Positions 48,423 to 59,418 are shown, counted from the stretch's first letter. The stretch is 64,000 nucleotides of DNA from an uncultured bacterium (GCA_964508905.1 CAZDVO010000004.1:11956-75955), one strand, 5' to 3'. The notes: a model not told the origin generated them from the letters alone. Translations and numbers: made by a program.

Positions 48423-48615
48423 TGGCTCAAGTCCTTTTCTTCATTGAAGTTGTGAAAAATGTAACACCTATATTTCCATGAGTCAAATTGGCGGATATGC
48501 CAATTGAGTTATACAGGTGGGATGTTATAAATTGACAGCTTATGCAAATCTCAAAAAATTAAATTTTACCCGGAGATAAAAAAAGGTGGTTGCGGGATAA
48601 GAGAATCGAGATCGT

Positions 48616-50415
48616 TTAAAAGCCTACTTGCGGCTTTTTCGCTCTACAAAAGTACTTTTCCAAGCCTCGAAACAGGCGTTGTCCATAAAAGAACCATTTG
48701 TCATCCGAAGGTTTTAATAAACACGACTGGCTTTTCGATGCCCTTTTCGTCTGTTTTTCTTTTCCTTGCTGACAAGTTTCCCACCTCCTTTCCGACAAGA
48801 CAACATTCCCCCTGGCTGCTAACGCTTTGTCATACATGCCCTGGAAGGGTTCGTAAAGCTCAAAACTTGCTATCTGCTGGTGATCGATCACGAGCTTCTT
48901 AAACACAAGCTTAAGCAGCTCTTTCCGCAAGGCCGGGTGCAGATTTTCCCGGAAAGAATCGGACGACCTTACAACATCCGCAGCCCTTTTAACATAGTCC
49001 TTCGACGCCTCCTTTTCGACAAGCTGAAGCTCCATCCGTTCGATCTTGATGCGGATCTCTCCTTCTTCGTTACGAAGCTTCTGGGCTTTGCCTTCAAAAA
49101 TGTCCTTGCCGATATTTCCGTCCAGATAGACATCCGTCAGCTTCCCGAGCTTCGCCGAACACCCCTGGAGTTCTTTCTTCAGCCTCTCAAGATCATGAGA
49201 AACTTCGCCCACCGCCTGTTCCCGGTAATGGTCCGTGATCAGGTTCCGCATTCTTTCTTTGCTGACCTCTCCGGAAGTGAAAAGGACTTCCAAAATCTCG
49301 GACACCTCGGCCTCCGGGATCTCGGCCCGCACGTCGTTATTCCCGCAATGAATGTTGCGTGTAGCGCGACCCGAGCAACGGTAATACGGCCTTTTCTCGT
49401 TCGTCTTGTGATTTTTCAAATTGGAGACGCCATTGTAGCGATAGCCGCATTTCGCGCAGGTCAGAATTCCCGACAGAACATAATCCCTTACCCGTTTGCG
49501 GTGAAAGCTGCCTCTCCGGTTCCGGTCGAGGATGTTTTGCGCGCGGGAGAAGACTTCCAACTCAATGACAGGCTGATGCAACCCGTCCGCCTCAATGACC
49601 TTGGAAGGATCATTTTTGACATAGCGGCAACCCCTCAGCGTCTTCTGCTTCCGGTCATAATGGTACGCGTTCCAGACCAGCTTGCCGGTGTAAAGCTTAT
49701 TGCGGAGGATCTTGCGAACTAGCGAGCTGTTAAAAGTCCCGCCGGAGCGGCTCAGGATCTTCTTCTGAAAAAAATCCCCGGCAATCTTCTGACAAGGCTC
49801 TCCCGCGATATATCTCTGGAATATCTCCCGCACAAGTTGCGCTTCTTCTTCAACGACAAGTAGCAGTTTGGCCGTCTTGTCATAAGAGTAGCCAAACGGG
49901 GCGTACCGCGAACCCTGCCAATGACCAGCCTGAACACCCCGGACCATTCCTGGGAACACCCGTTCAATGATCCGGTTGCGTTCAAACTCCGCAAAACTCC
50001 CTAATTGCTGAAGCATTAGCTTCCCCGAGCTTGTGGTCGTATCGTAAGGCTCGGTCGCTGATTTGAACTGGATCCCGAGTACGTCAAACTCATCCAGAAT
50101 ATTCAGAATATCCCGCAATCTACGGCTAAAACGGTCCAGCTTATAGACCAGTATCAGATCGAACTTCTTCGCCCTGGCATCTTCTAGCAGTTGATTCATA
50201 GCGGGCCGGTCAAGCGAATAGCCGCTGTAACCGTCATCCATGTAGATCGCGCCTTTGCCGTCAGCAAAACAGATCTCGAACCCTTCTCTTTTGGCGAAGT
50301 CCACAAGGTAGTCCTTCTGGACACCCAGCGAATACCCCTCGCGCGCCTGATCTTCGGTGCTGACCCGGATATAAAGCGCCGCTTTGATACGTCTTTTTTC
50401 TTCTGTCTTTTCCAT
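48616..50415 (-). CDS. Large serine recombinase (resolvase/invertase N-domain plus recombinase plus Zn-ribbon)
   Basis: 'AALYIRVSTEDQAREGYSLGVQ' holds the catalytic Ser region; 'YKLDRFSRR'; a C-terminal Cys cluster 'CAKCGYRYN...CSGR...HCG'; 599 aa. Confidence 0.9.
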   Translation of the reverse strand: MEKTEEKRRIKAALYIRVSTEDQAREGYSLGVQKDYLVDFAKREGFEICFADGKGAIYMDDGYSGYSLDRPAMNQLLEDARAKKFDLILVYKLDRFSRRLRDILNILDEFDVLGIQFKSATEPYDTTTSSGKLMLQQLGSFAEFERNRIIERVFPGMVRGVQAGHWQGSRYAPFGYSYDKTAKLLLVVEEEAQLVREIFQRYIAGEPCQKIAGDFFQKKILSRSGGTFNSSLVRKILRNKLYTGKLVWNAYHYDRKQKTLRGCRYVKNDPSKVIEADGLHQPVIELEVFSRAQNILDRNRRGSFHRKRVRDYVLSGILTCAKCGYRYNGVSNLKNHKTNEKRPYYRCSGRATRNIHCGNNDVRAEIPEAEVSEILEVLFTSGEVSKERMRNLITDHYREQAVGEVSHDLERLKKELQGCSAKLGKLTDVYLDGNIGKDIFEGKAQKLRNEEGEIRIKIERMELQLVEKEASKDYVKRAADVVRSSDSFRENLHPALRKELLKLVFKKLVIDHQQIASFELYEPFQGMYDKALAARGNVVLSERRWETCQQGKEKQTKRASKSQSCLLKPSDDKWFFYGQRLFRGLEKYFCRAKKPQVGF

Positions 50416-50468
50416 CGTCGTTCCTTTTCCGTTAGGCGGGTATTATACGCATTTATTTTTCGTACGCA

Positions 50469-50651
50469 TCAACTCCGCCGAACTTTTTTATCTGACGAAT
50501 TTCTCTTTTTCTCTCCCTCTACCAGGACGGCCATCCGCTCCTTATCCGCTTGCAGCATGAGCCTATAAAATTGTCTCAACCGATACTGATATTCGTCCTC
50601 TACTGTTTTGGCAGTCTCTTTAGCTTGCCGTGTAAATGCTTCCACGGGCAA
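50469..50651 (-). CDS. Small basic hypothetical protein upstream of the recombinase (possible directionality factor; speculative)
   Basis: 60-aa ORF ending 54 nt before the recombinase start, same strand; no recognisable motif. Confidence 0.2.
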   Translation of the reverse strand: MPVEAFTRQAKETAKTVEDEYQYRLRQFYRLMLQADKERMAVLVEGEKKRNSSDKKVRRS

Positions 50652-51339
50652 CTGACATCACCCCCTTAATATTTTTAAATTTTCAATGCAATAGCAGCAA
50701 GGCATCACTGTCTCTCCCCAATTTCTGCAGATCAACAAACCAAGCGACTCACCATCCGCGATACGCGATCCGAAATGCCCACCACAAAACGAGCCTGTTC
50801 TCGAAACATCCTGTAATCACCCTGCCTTTTCTATGCCGTTACCGCACTTCGTATCACTCAAACCGGCGCCGCCGGGACCGTCTTGGGGAGAACAGAGCCA
50901 AAACCCTGTCCTATATCCTTCGACTGACCCTGCATTACCGATCCACCGATCAAGTTCGCGCCATGAGTCAGAACGGAAAAGGTGGTCAATGCTACAAATA
51001 GCATCAAGCCAAGACCTTATCCCGCCCTAAACCATGTCACAAACTGGTGAAACACTTCTTTGGAAACCGTCTTGACGTTTGGAGAAGTCTGACGTCTTTC
51101 TTGAATTTCCATGATCTTCAGCGTGATCTCCGTTTACTTCTTGGGCTTTAGCGCCGTGTTAGCAACCAGGCTTTGGACTGGTCTTTTAATGATATGTCTC
51201 TCATGGGAGGTCGAGTTACGACATGGCCATTCACACCAAACGAACATTTCTAAGCTTAAAATAAATTTTTCAGCGGATTTTATAAGAAGAGTAAGAAGAA
51301 AAAGAGAAACTCAAAAAAAGATACTTTAGGAAAGACTAC

Positions 51340-51480
51340 GCACCCGGGCATGCCGAATATCCCGCTCGACCACGGTCTCGAGTAAAAAATTATGTTGAGA
51401 GACCGTGGTCGAGCGGGAGGTAGACCCTGCAATTGGTGTATAGGGTCACAAAAGAGGCATACCCGGGTGCGATATGCCGG
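51340..51480. repeat. Nested inverted-repeat structure in an ORF-poor 1.2-kb spacer
   Basis: A perfect 19-bp inverted repeat, CCCGCTCGACCACGGTCTC...GAGACCGTGGTCGAGCGGG, with a ~19-nt spacer. It is flanked by imperfect CCCGGG-containing arms (CGCACCCGGGCATGCC / GGCATACCCGGGTGCG) and a GACCCT/AGGGTC pair. Confidence 0.6.
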
Positions 51481-51878
51481 ACAGAAGGCGGTTTAACTAT
51501 TACTTGTCCGGAGGGCGAATTTCTTGTTCAGCTCGATCAGCACTTGATAAGGCGAATGCATCTCGCGATCTTGCCGGCAGCCTCAAGAGTCCAAGGCTCG
51601 TTCGAATACGGCTGTCAGCCCGCGGATCGTACCCTGCCGAGCCATCTTCTAAAATACAACGGACGGGCGTGAAGATGCAATTCTCGTCATAATCATGGAG
51701 TCTATATAGGATTGGACCCTTTCGTACAAAACCGCAACCGCCTGCCCTGTTTAAAAATCTAATAATTGGCAGGACTGGTCATGATTATTTTTTACTTTTA
51801 ATTGAGATCAGGGACTGAGAAAGACTGCCCTCCCGGAACCGCATGGCATAGGCTACAGATCAATTCCGGCTCGCCACG

Positions 51879-53006
51879 CTATGCAAGCCTTTTCTGGAAT
51901 CTCATTGAGCTTAAAGTGAGAATACCCACCCCCATCAGTAGAAGCGCCAGCATCTGCGGCCACAGTATCTCAAAACCGGTTCCCTTCAAAAAGAGCCCCC
52001 TTAAAATCACAAGAAAATACCTCAACGGATTTAAAAAAGTAACCCATTGGATAAGCTTCGGCATATTGGCAATGGGAAACATAAAACCCGAAAGCAACAC
52101 GGCCGGAAAATAGAAAAAGAAAGTCGTCATCATGGCTTCTTGCTGTGTCCCGGCAACTGTTGAAATAAATAGGCCTACTCCAAGGCAGGTAAACAAATAG
52201 AGACTGGAAGATACGAATAACAAAAATAAATTCCCATGAATCGGAACCTTAAACCAAAGAACACCGACTGCTGTCACCAGAAGCACATCCACCAAGCCGA
52301 TGATCGCAAAGGGAGTAAGCTTACCTAGGATCAATTCGTACGATTTAATCGGACTTACAATCAGCTGCTCCATGGTCCCGATCTCCTTCTCTCTGACGAT
52401 TGCCATGGAAGTCAAAAGAAGGGTAATCAACATCACAATCAGCGCGATCACACCCGGCACATAAAAGTTCCTCGACTCTAAATTTTCGTTGAACCAGGAA
52501 CGGCTCCGTAAATTAACGCGGGGAAACTCTGATTTTTTGAGTATGACTCTGGCGCGGCCATCTAGAATGCGCGCCGAATATTTTTCGATGATCCTGTTCG
52601 AATAACTTAAAATTACGGCGGCAGTATTGGAATCGGTGCCGTCAACAATCAGTTGGATTTGCGCCGAACGGTGGGCATTCAGATCACGAGCAAAACCGCG
52701 GTTGATCCGTAGCACCGCATTAACATGAGATTCATCAATCAGCCTCTTCTGTTCTTTGTCATGGGATATGTACTTCTTCACCCTGAAATAATTCGATGCT
52801 GTAAACTCCCGGATCAAATCCCTGCTCGCCTGGGTATTATCCAGATCGTAAACAGCGGTCGGGATATTCGTGACATCCGTGGACACGGCATATCCGAACA
52901 CCATCACCTGGATCATGGGCATAATGAAAATAATCGCCTTCATGCGCGGATCCCGGAATATTTGAATAAACTCTTTAACGAGAATATGGTAAATGCGCTC
53001 AAACAT
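51879..53006 (-). CDS. ABC-2 type transporter permease
   Basis: 375 aa, six TM segments, ABC-2 family layout; paired with a second permease and two ATPases. Confidence 0.85.
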   Translation of the reverse strand: MFERIYHILVKEFIQIFRDPRMKAIIFIMPMIQVMVFGYAVSTDVTNIPTAVYDLDNTQASRDLIREFTASNYFRVKKYISHDKEQKRLIDESHVNAVLRINRGFARDLNAHRSAQIQLIVDGTDSNTAAVILSYSNRIIEKYSARILDGRARVILKKSEFPRVNLRSRSWFNENLESRNFYVPGVIALIVMLITLLLTSMAIVREKEIGTMEQLIVSPIKSYELILGKLTPFAIIGLVDVLLVTAVGVLWFKVPIHGNLFLLFVSSSLYLFTCLGVGLFISTVAGTQQEAMMTTFFFYFPAVLLSGFMFPIANMPKLIQWVTFLNPLRYFLVILRGLFLKGTGFEILWPQMLALLLMGVGILTLSSMRFQKRLA

Positions 53007-54136
53007 CAGGCAATCCTTTTCTTGAACGTCCGGTTCGCTAAGATAAAAACGACTACGGAAAACAGGGTCAAAAAAAGCACCTCATAGAACAAAGCTTCAA
53101 GACCTATCCCCTTGAGATAAATTCCTTTCAAAATCGCGACAAAGTAACGGGCCGGGATGAAAAAGGTCAGCATTTGTATCACGTGAGGCATATTGGAAAT
53201 AGCATACATAAAACCCGAAAGCAAAAAGGCCGGTAAAAATGTAAAGACCAACGCCAGCTGGCTTGCCACTAATTGATTCTTTGTCACGATGGAAATCAGC
53301 ATCCCTAAGCTTAGGGCCCCCGCAAGGAAAACGCCGCTGAGAAGAAAAAGAAGTCCAACGTTACCTCTTAATGGAACATGAAAAAGGAACTCGCCCATAC
53401 CCACGGCGATTAGAACATCCAAAAAACCAACCGCAAAATAAGGCAGGAATTTCCCGAGAATGAGTTCATGGGATTTGACCGGCGTTGCGATAAGCTGTTC
53501 CATGGTGCCGCGCTCCCACTCCCGCGCCACGGTCAGTGACGTTAAAAGGGACGCAATGACCATCATAATAACCGCTATGAGACCCGGAATAATGTAGTTC
53601 CGGCTTTTCATATCCGCATTGAACCATACCCGCGAACGCATCTCCACGGGAGTGTGATTTTCCTCGCTCGATTTGGAAAGTAAATCTGTGATATTTTTTT
53701 TATTATAGCGCGCCACCACTGCTTCGACGTAACCGATCGCAATGGTTGCCGTATTCGAATCGCTGCCATCCGCAAGAAGCTGGATGTCGGCGGTTTCGCT
53801 GGAAGCAATCCTTTTCGAGAAGTCAGAAGGTAACACCAAAGCCAGGAGCACTTTATTTCGTTCAAGCGCATCCTCGAGTTCACTATACCGACTGGCATAT
53901 CCCATAATTTTAAAATAGGAGGAGTGCTCAAAATTAGATAGAAAATCACGAGAGACTGGAGATTTATCTTGGTTCCAAATCATCAAAGGAACCTGGTCAA
54001 CATCAAGGGTTAAGGCAAAGCCAAAAAGAATGAGCAATAGCATGGGGATCGCGATGGCCATGCCGAGACTTCTTGGATCCCTAACAATATGAACAAACTC
54101 TTTCTTTGCGAGCGCCCAGACTCTCACAAAACTCAT
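53006..54136 (-). CDS. ABC-2 type transporter permease
   Basis: 376 aa, paralogous to the previous permease. Confidence 0.85.
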   Translation of the reverse strand: MSFVRVWALAKKEFVHIVRDPRSLGMAIAIPMLLLILFGFALTLDVDQVPLMIWNQDKSPVSRDFLSNFEHSSYFKIMGYASRYSELEDALERNKVLLALVLPSDFSKRIASSETADIQLLADGSDSNTATIAIGYVEAVVARYNKKNITDLLSKSSEENHTPVEMRSRVWFNADMKSRNYIIPGLIAVIMMVIASLLTSLTVAREWERGTMEQLIATPVKSHELILGKFLPYFAVGFLDVLIAVGMGEFLFHVPLRGNVGLLFLLSGVFLAGALSLGMLISIVTKNQLVASQLALVFTFLPAFLLSGFMYAISNMPHVIQMLTFFIPARYFVAILKGIYLKGIGLEALFYEVLFLTLFSVVVFILANRTFKKRIA

Positions 54137-55119
54137 GCTACCTTTCCCCGCTTGTCGTACGACTCGATAAGAGAAACAAAAACATCCTCTAAAGACGGTT
54201 TGATTTTATGCACCACAAACCCGAACATTCCTTCGGCCGAAAATAACGCTTCAATCCGCTCGATAGCCTCCTTGGAATTTTCCACCACAGCGTGAAGTTT
54301 TGTGCCGAAAAGAGCTGTTTCCCTAACGCCTTCCACTGCCGTAACCCTTTTGATCCATGCCTGCGCATCAGGCAGTAAAATCTCAAGAACCTCTTCCTGC
54401 ATCACTTTCGTTTTTAGTTCCTCAGGCGTGCCAAGTGCAATGCGATGCCCTTTATAAATTAAAGCCACACGGTCGCAATTCTCCACCTCATCCATATAAT
54501 GGGTCGTCACGAAAACCGTTACGCCATCCTTGGCCATTGTTTTGATAAGCGCCCAGAAATTCCTGCGAGATATCGGATCCACGCCCGAGGTAGGTTCGTC
54601 CAAAAAAACGATCTTGGGCTCGTGAATGATGGCGCACCCCAAGGCCAGTCTCTGCTTCCACCCTCCGGATAAAGTAGAAGTCCGGCTTGACCTAAAATCT
54701 TCCAACCCGGCCATCTCAATAACCCAGTCTTTTCTGGCTTTCTTTTTCTGGTTGGGAATGCGGTAGATACCACTATAGAAATTAATGTTTTCTTCAACGG
54801 TGAGATCTTCATAAAGCGAAAATTTCTGGGACATATACCCAATATGCTGCTTGATCTTCTCCTGTTCAGTCAAAACATCATACCCCCCGACGTGCCCTTC
54901 GCCAGAGGTCGGAGTCAAAATACCGCAAAGCATCCGGATGGTCGTCGATTTGCCTGCACCGTTTGGACCGAGAAATCCGAAAATCTCACCCGATTTCACT
55001 TCAAAATTTACTTGATCTACAGCAGTAAACGATCCAAAACGCTTGACCAGGTCTTTTACTTCGACCGCATAATTATCTGTTTTCATAATCGCCGACAATG
55101 GCAATAAAGGCTTCCTCAA
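54133..55119 (-). CDS. ABC transporter ATP-binding protein
   Basis: Walker A 'GPNGAGKST', signature 'LSGGWKQRL', Walker B 'VFLDEPT'. Confidence 0.9.
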   Translation of the reverse strand: MRKPLLPLSAIMKTDNYAVEVKDLVKRFGSFTAVDQVNFEVKSGEIFGFLGPNGAGKSTTIRMLCGILTPTSGEGHVGGYDVLTEQEKIKQHIGYMSQKFSLYEDLTVEENINFYSGIYRIPNQKKKARKDWVIEMAGLEDFRSSRTSTLSGGWKQRLALGCAIIHEPKIVFLDEPTSGVDPISRRNFWALIKTMAKDGVTVFVTTHYMDEVENCDRVALIYKGHRIALGTPEELKTKVMQEEVLEILLPDAQAWIKRVTAVEGVRETALFGTKLHAVVENSKEAIERIEALFSAEGMFGFVVHKIKPSLEDVFVSLIESYDKRGKVA

Positions 55120-55804
55120 GGGAGGCCGCGTTTTTGCTTTTCTTGATCACATCGGGTGTGTCGCATTGCAAGAGCCGTCCCTTATGAATAAGCCCTACTC
55201 TCTTGCAGCGCTCTGCTTCGTCAAGATACGAAGTAGAATAAAAAATCGAAACTTTTTCCCGTAAAAGCTCATACAGAATCTGCCAAAAATCCCTTCGCGA
55301 AACGGGATCAACTCCATTGGTGGGTTCATCAAGAAAAAGCACACGAGGGGTATGGACTAAAGCGCACGCAAGACCCAATTTTTGCTTCATCCCACCTGAC
55401 AGATTGCGCGCCAAACGATCCTTAAAGGGACCCAATTTCGTAAAATCAAGGAGCTGTTCTATTTTGGAGGTTCTTTTACTTTTTGGAACCGTATATATGT
55501 CAGCATAAAAATGAATGTTCTCCATCACGCTCAGATCACCATAAAGACCAAAACGCTGTGACATATAGGCGATATTTTCTTTAAGGGCCTCGGCATCTTT
55601 AACAATATGCTGCTCTTCCACCCATGCGTCGCCGGCCGTTGGCATCAGGATACCTGTCAGAAGCCTCATCGTGGTGGTCTTCCCGGCACCATCCGGTCCT
55701 ACAAGCCCAAATATCTCGCCTTCTTCAATCTCCAGATCGAGTCCATCAACAACCGTCTTCTGATCAAATTTTTTTGTTAATCCCCGCGCCCGTATAGCCC
55801 ACAT
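55073..55804 (-). CDS. ABC transporter ATP-binding protein
   Basis: 'GPDGAGKTT', 'LSGGMKQKL', 'LFLDEPT'. Confidence 0.9.
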   Translation of the reverse strand: MWAIRARGLTKKFDQKTVVDGLDLEIEEGEIFGLVGPDGAGKTTTMRLLTGILMPTAGDAWVEEQHIVKDAEALKENIAYMSQRFGLYGDLSVMENIHFYADIYTVPKSKRTSKIEQLLDFTKLGPFKDRLARNLSGGMKQKLGLACALVHTPRVLFLDEPTNGVDPVSRRDFWQILYELLREKVSIFYSTSYLDEAERCKRVGLIHKGRLLQCDTPDVIKKSKNAASLEEAFIAIVGDYENR

Positions 55805-55807
55805 GTG

Positions 55808-56644
55808 TCAGACCGTTCCAAGATAAGCGTCTGCTGGCATCCCGGGTTTTAGTTCGAATTCTGGATTTTCAATTATTATTTTTACGCGATAAACGAGCTT
55901 GGTTCGTTCTTCTTTCGTTTGAATATGCTTAGGCGTGAATTCCGCCTCTTGCGAGATAAAAGAAATACGACCCTTGTAGACTTTGTCAGGATAGCTATCA
56001 ATCTTGATGTCCGCTTTTTGATTTAACTTCACTTTTCCAAGATCTGTTTCATTGATATAGGCCGTGAGCCAAACACTTTCCAGATCGGCCACCGTAAATA
56101 TCGTGCTCCCCACCTGCACGTTTTCCCCGACCTCTGCGCTTCTAACAAGCACAAAACCATTCAACGGTGCTACTAGATCCGAATACCCTAGCCTTAATTG
56201 AGCCAACTCAAGCGAGGACTCAAGTTCATCCCATTTTGATTTTGCCATATCCCGGCTCGTTTCCGTGGCATCTTTCTTATACTCGGGAACAGAACCCACC
56301 TTAAAAAGATTCTCCGCGCGCTGCAGATCTTCTTCGAGCCTTTTATAGCTGAATTTCGCTTCTGCCGCTGACGCTGCCGCCTTAGCTTTGATCTTGATTA
56401 ATTCTTCAGTGTCAAGCTTTGCAACGATGTCCCCTTTCTTTACATAATGCCCCTCGTCGACCATCATTTCCTTGATTCTCCCAGCAACCTGAAAAGACAA
56501 TCGCACCTCGGTTGCTTCGATATTACCCGAAAGACTGAGGATGGCGTGCGGATGTTGACTCCGACGCAAAAAATACCCTCCCAATTGAAATAAAATAAAA
56601 AATACAACCACGGCAGCTCCAATAATTTTGATTTTAGTTTTCAT
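55808..56644 (-). CDS. HlyD-family membrane fusion protein
   Basis: N-terminal TM, coiled-coil hairpin and a beta-barrel C-terminus; sits between the TolC-like gene and the ABC ATPases. Confidence 0.85.
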   Translation of the reverse strand: MKTKIKIIGAAVVVFFILFQLGGYFLRRSQHPHAILSLSGNIEATEVRLSFQVAGRIKEMMVDEGHYVKKGDIVAKLDTEELIKIKAKAAASAAEAKFSYKRLEEDLQRAENLFKVGSVPEYKKDATETSRDMAKSKWDELESSLELAQLRLGYSDLVAPLNGFVLVRSAEVGENVQVGSTIFTVADLESVWLTAYINETDLGKVKLNQKADIKIDSYPDKVYKGRISFISQEAEFTPKHIQTKEERTKLVYRVKIIIENPEFELKPGMPADAYLGTV

Positions 56645-58062
56645 TTTTTTGTCTCCTCGAATGGACTACGGCCTATGGACTTATCCAAGTAGGCCAGAGC
56701 AACAATGTAATCATAAATGGCGTCTGAAAGGTTCTTCTCGATCTGGCTTAAAGAAATCTGTGCATCCAAAACGTCAAGATTTGTGACTTGCCCCTCAAGA
56801 TAGCTGGCTTCAGCAATTTTCAGGGCTTCTCGTGCACTTTCAACACCCTCCTGCGCGGAATCAATAATAGTTTTCGCCTCAGACAAATCAAAGCAAGCGT
56901 GTCTGATTTCAAGAACGACTTGGTCTTCCACGTCCTCTTTCTTAATGATTGTCTGGGAATATCGCGCTTTAGCTTCATCCACTTTGACCTTTGCCGAAAA
57001 TCCATCAAAGATAGGGATAGTAACCCTTACCCCGATATTCCAATTATTGTGCTGAGAATTAAAAACATCCTTCATGAAAGCATCGGATTTAGAATAATAA
57101 TTGAATTCCCCATTTATCTTCGGCAGCCATCCGGCACGAGCGATTTTTATCCCCTGCTTATCCGCATTAATCTCAAGAGAACGCATCTCTAATTCCGGCC
57201 TCATACTCTGCGCTTGTTCCAAAAATCGATCTTCATCGATTTGAATCAAAGTATAAGCAAGCTCCCCTGTAAGCAAAATGACATCCATCCTTTCCAACCC
57301 CAAAAGTTTTTTCAACTCCTCAGCGATCAGATTCTTTGCTTTTTGGGCTCTTGCGAGTTCGGGCTCGACTTTGGAAATCTGAACCTTGGATTGAAGCAGA
57401 TCGAATCGTGAGGCAGCTCCCTCCCTGAATCGCCTCTCAACGTCCATGTAATGGGACTTTGCCTGGCTTACTAATTCCCCGTTAATTCGTTCCGTTTCAT
57501 AGGCCAGAAGAAGACCGTAATAAAGCCTTTTCGTTTCAAACTCAACGGCATGTCTACGGACCCGAAAAGACTCTTCCTGGATCTTTAATTCGATCCTTGA
57601 ACGTTTGAATAGAGCGAGATTCTTGCCTCCTTCAAAAAGCGGTTGACGGGCTGAAACTCCTAAATCATTCTGATTGTTATAGCCGACAAACACTCCGATA
57701 TCTTTCTTCGAAACTGCCGCTGGGCCGATGCTCATGACGGCGTCCTGATGAGAATAGCCTCCATTCAAGTCAATTTTAGGCAATGATTCACTGACCGCAC
57801 CGAAAATTCTGGCCCTTGCAATTTCAATTTCTTTTTCCTGGGCCAAAATTTCTTTATTGTTCTTGAAAGCTAACGCGACGGCATTCTCGATCGATAAATT
57901 ATGAATAGTACTCACACGGGACTCCCCACCGTAAGCACAGGGAGCGATTGCAACCACCATAACTAAACAAATCAGCCCTTTGTGAGAATACCTCTTAAAA
58001 ATATTTTCCACGCTTTCTTCCCTTTCTTTGAAGGCGAAAACCGGTAGCCCGAGAGGACCCAC
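56641..58062 (-). CDS. TolC-like outer-membrane efflux protein
   Basis: 473 aa with a signal peptide (AYG|GES) and duplicated OEP repeats. The annotated start overlaps the TetR 3' end; the true start is uncertain. Confidence 0.8.
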   Translation of the reverse strand: MGPLGLPVFAFKEREESVENIFKRYSHKGLICLVMVVAIAPCAYGGESRVSTIHNLSIENAVALAFKNNKEILAQEKEIEIARARIFGAVSESLPKIDLNGGYSHQDAVMSIGPAAVSKKDIGVFVGYNNQNDLGVSARQPLFEGGKNLALFKRSRIELKIQEESFRVRRHAVEFETKRLYYGLLLAYETERINGELVSQAKSHYMDVERRFREGAASRFDLLQSKVQISKVEPELARAQKAKNLIAEELKKLLGLERMDVILLTGELAYTLIQIDEDRFLEQAQSMRPELEMRSLEINADKQGIKIARAGWLPKINGEFNYYSKSDAFMKDVFNSQHNNWNIGVRVTIPIFDGFSAKVKVDEAKARYSQTIIKKEDVEDQVVLEIRHACFDLSEAKTIIDSAQEGVESAREALKIAEASYLEGQVTNLDVLDAQISLSQIEKNLSDAIYDYIVALAYLDKSIGRSPFEETKK

Positions 58063-58604
58063 TGCATCGCGATCGACTGAATAAGCCCCACAAACGTGTC
58101 TGCTGCAGCTTCCGCATCAAGATCGTCGGAAAAACAGCGACATTGGATTCCCCGCTTGAGAATATCTTTAATTTCACCGGAATACCCCATCATATGCCGG
58201 TTCAGCGCCAAGGAAATTTCAGGCCCTGCGCGATACACATTTTCGGAGAATATGATCCGCGGATAATATCTGTTCCGCTCAATAAATTTAATATGCCGCA
58301 TGAATATTTCTTCCAGAGACTCCAGAGGTGTGCGATTTTTACACGCATCTTGAACGAACTTCTGGAGAGCCGCGCCGATCCGTTCGATTACAGATCCCAC
58401 AACTGCGTCTTTCCCGGCAAAATGCCGGTAAACATTACTGTTGGTCATTCTCGTCTTTTTTGCGATGGATTCGATCGTGAGGCCCTCAAGAGCCTTTTTA
58501 TTCAAAATATCTAAAACGGCTTTTGTAATTTGCCTTTTCCGGACATGCGTTTTTGTTTTTTTAGCCATCGTGACTTTCGTCTTTATTATGTGAATGTTAT
58601 TCAC
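57972..58604 (-). CDS. TetR-family transcriptional regulator
   Basis: 'ILNKKALEGLTIESIAKKTRMTNSNVYRHF' HTH. The start may be the internal MAKKTK at ~58568. Confidence 0.85.
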   Translation of the reverse strand: MNNIHIIKTKVTMAKKTKTHVRKRQITKAVLDILNKKALEGLTIESIAKKTRMTNSNVYRHFAGKDAVVGSVIERIGAALQKFVQDACKNRTPLESLEEIFMRHIKFIERNRYYPRIIFSENVYRAGPEISLALNRHMMGYSGEIKDILKRGIQCRCFSDDLDAEAAADTFVGLIQSIAMQWVLSGYRFSPSKKGKKAWKIFLRGILTKG

Positions 58605-58851
58605 ATATTAGCACAGCCTTGAACAAAGTAAAGCAAAAGCTTTCTAACGCAAGGAGGCTCCCCGATCTTTTACCGAGGCATGCTGCTACGCTTAAGTGTA
58701 GGCTTGGCCCTGCCAAGTAGCTATGGGGTATTTGCCCTAGAAGATTGAGGAGGGGAAGTCAGGCATGCGGCCGATATCAACCGCAATTTTTCATGATTTG
58801 CCGCTATTGCTAATCATAATTGCAAATGAAATTACAAACCTGAATCTCCCG

Positions 58852-59418
58852 TTATTTTTCTAAAACAATTCCGTAATGGTAGGGCTTCAGGTCATACATC
58901 TTTGGAGAATGAAACCCTGCTTGCTCTGCCCATCTAATACACTCTTCCGGCTTGGGACGTATCTCCATCGAAGGGCCACGTGGTGTTGACGGATCGTAAT
59001 TCCAATGGATGGCCCCAAGCTTTCCACCACTTATCATTACCCGATGAGCCTCTTTGAGCAACACTACCGGGGTGTCAAGATGCAAAATATTAAAAAGCAT
59101 CACATAATCCACGCTCTCAGCAGAAAGCCCAAAGCCATCCGTGAGGACATCCCGCAACGCGGCTTCCACATTATTCAGCTTGGCCTTTTCAGCTTCAGAT
59201 TTTATTATACGGATCATCTCCTCATCAACGTCATACGCATAGATCTGGCCGCTGATCACTTTCGCAACAGGTATCGTGAACGTACCATAGCCGCAGCCGA
59301 CCTCAACGACATCACAAACTCTTGAATCCAGCTCCATATTTGGCAAAACCCCTTGGATATCAAAAAGGTTCTCCCACACGCACCGATCCGGCATACCACT
59401 ATCCCGAATCTTCATCAC
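58852..59418 (-). CDS. Class I SAM-dependent methyltransferase
   Basis: 'VVEVGCGYGTFTIPVAK' motif I. Confidence 0.78.
   Translation of the reverse strand: MMKIRDSGMPDRCVWENLFDIQGVLPNMELDSRVCDVVEVGCGYGTFTIPVAKVISGQIYAYDVDEEMIRIIKSEAEKAKLNNVEAALRDVLTDGFGLSAESVDYVMLFNILHLDTPVVLLKEAHRVMISGGKLGAIHWNYDPSTPRGPSMEIRPKPEECIRWAEQAGFHSPKMYDLKPYHYGIVLEK

Noticed and set aside
48880-49722. 280-aa plus-strand ORF opposite the serine recombinase
   Set aside because: Antisense to a gene with clear resolvase catalytic and Zn-ribbon motifs.
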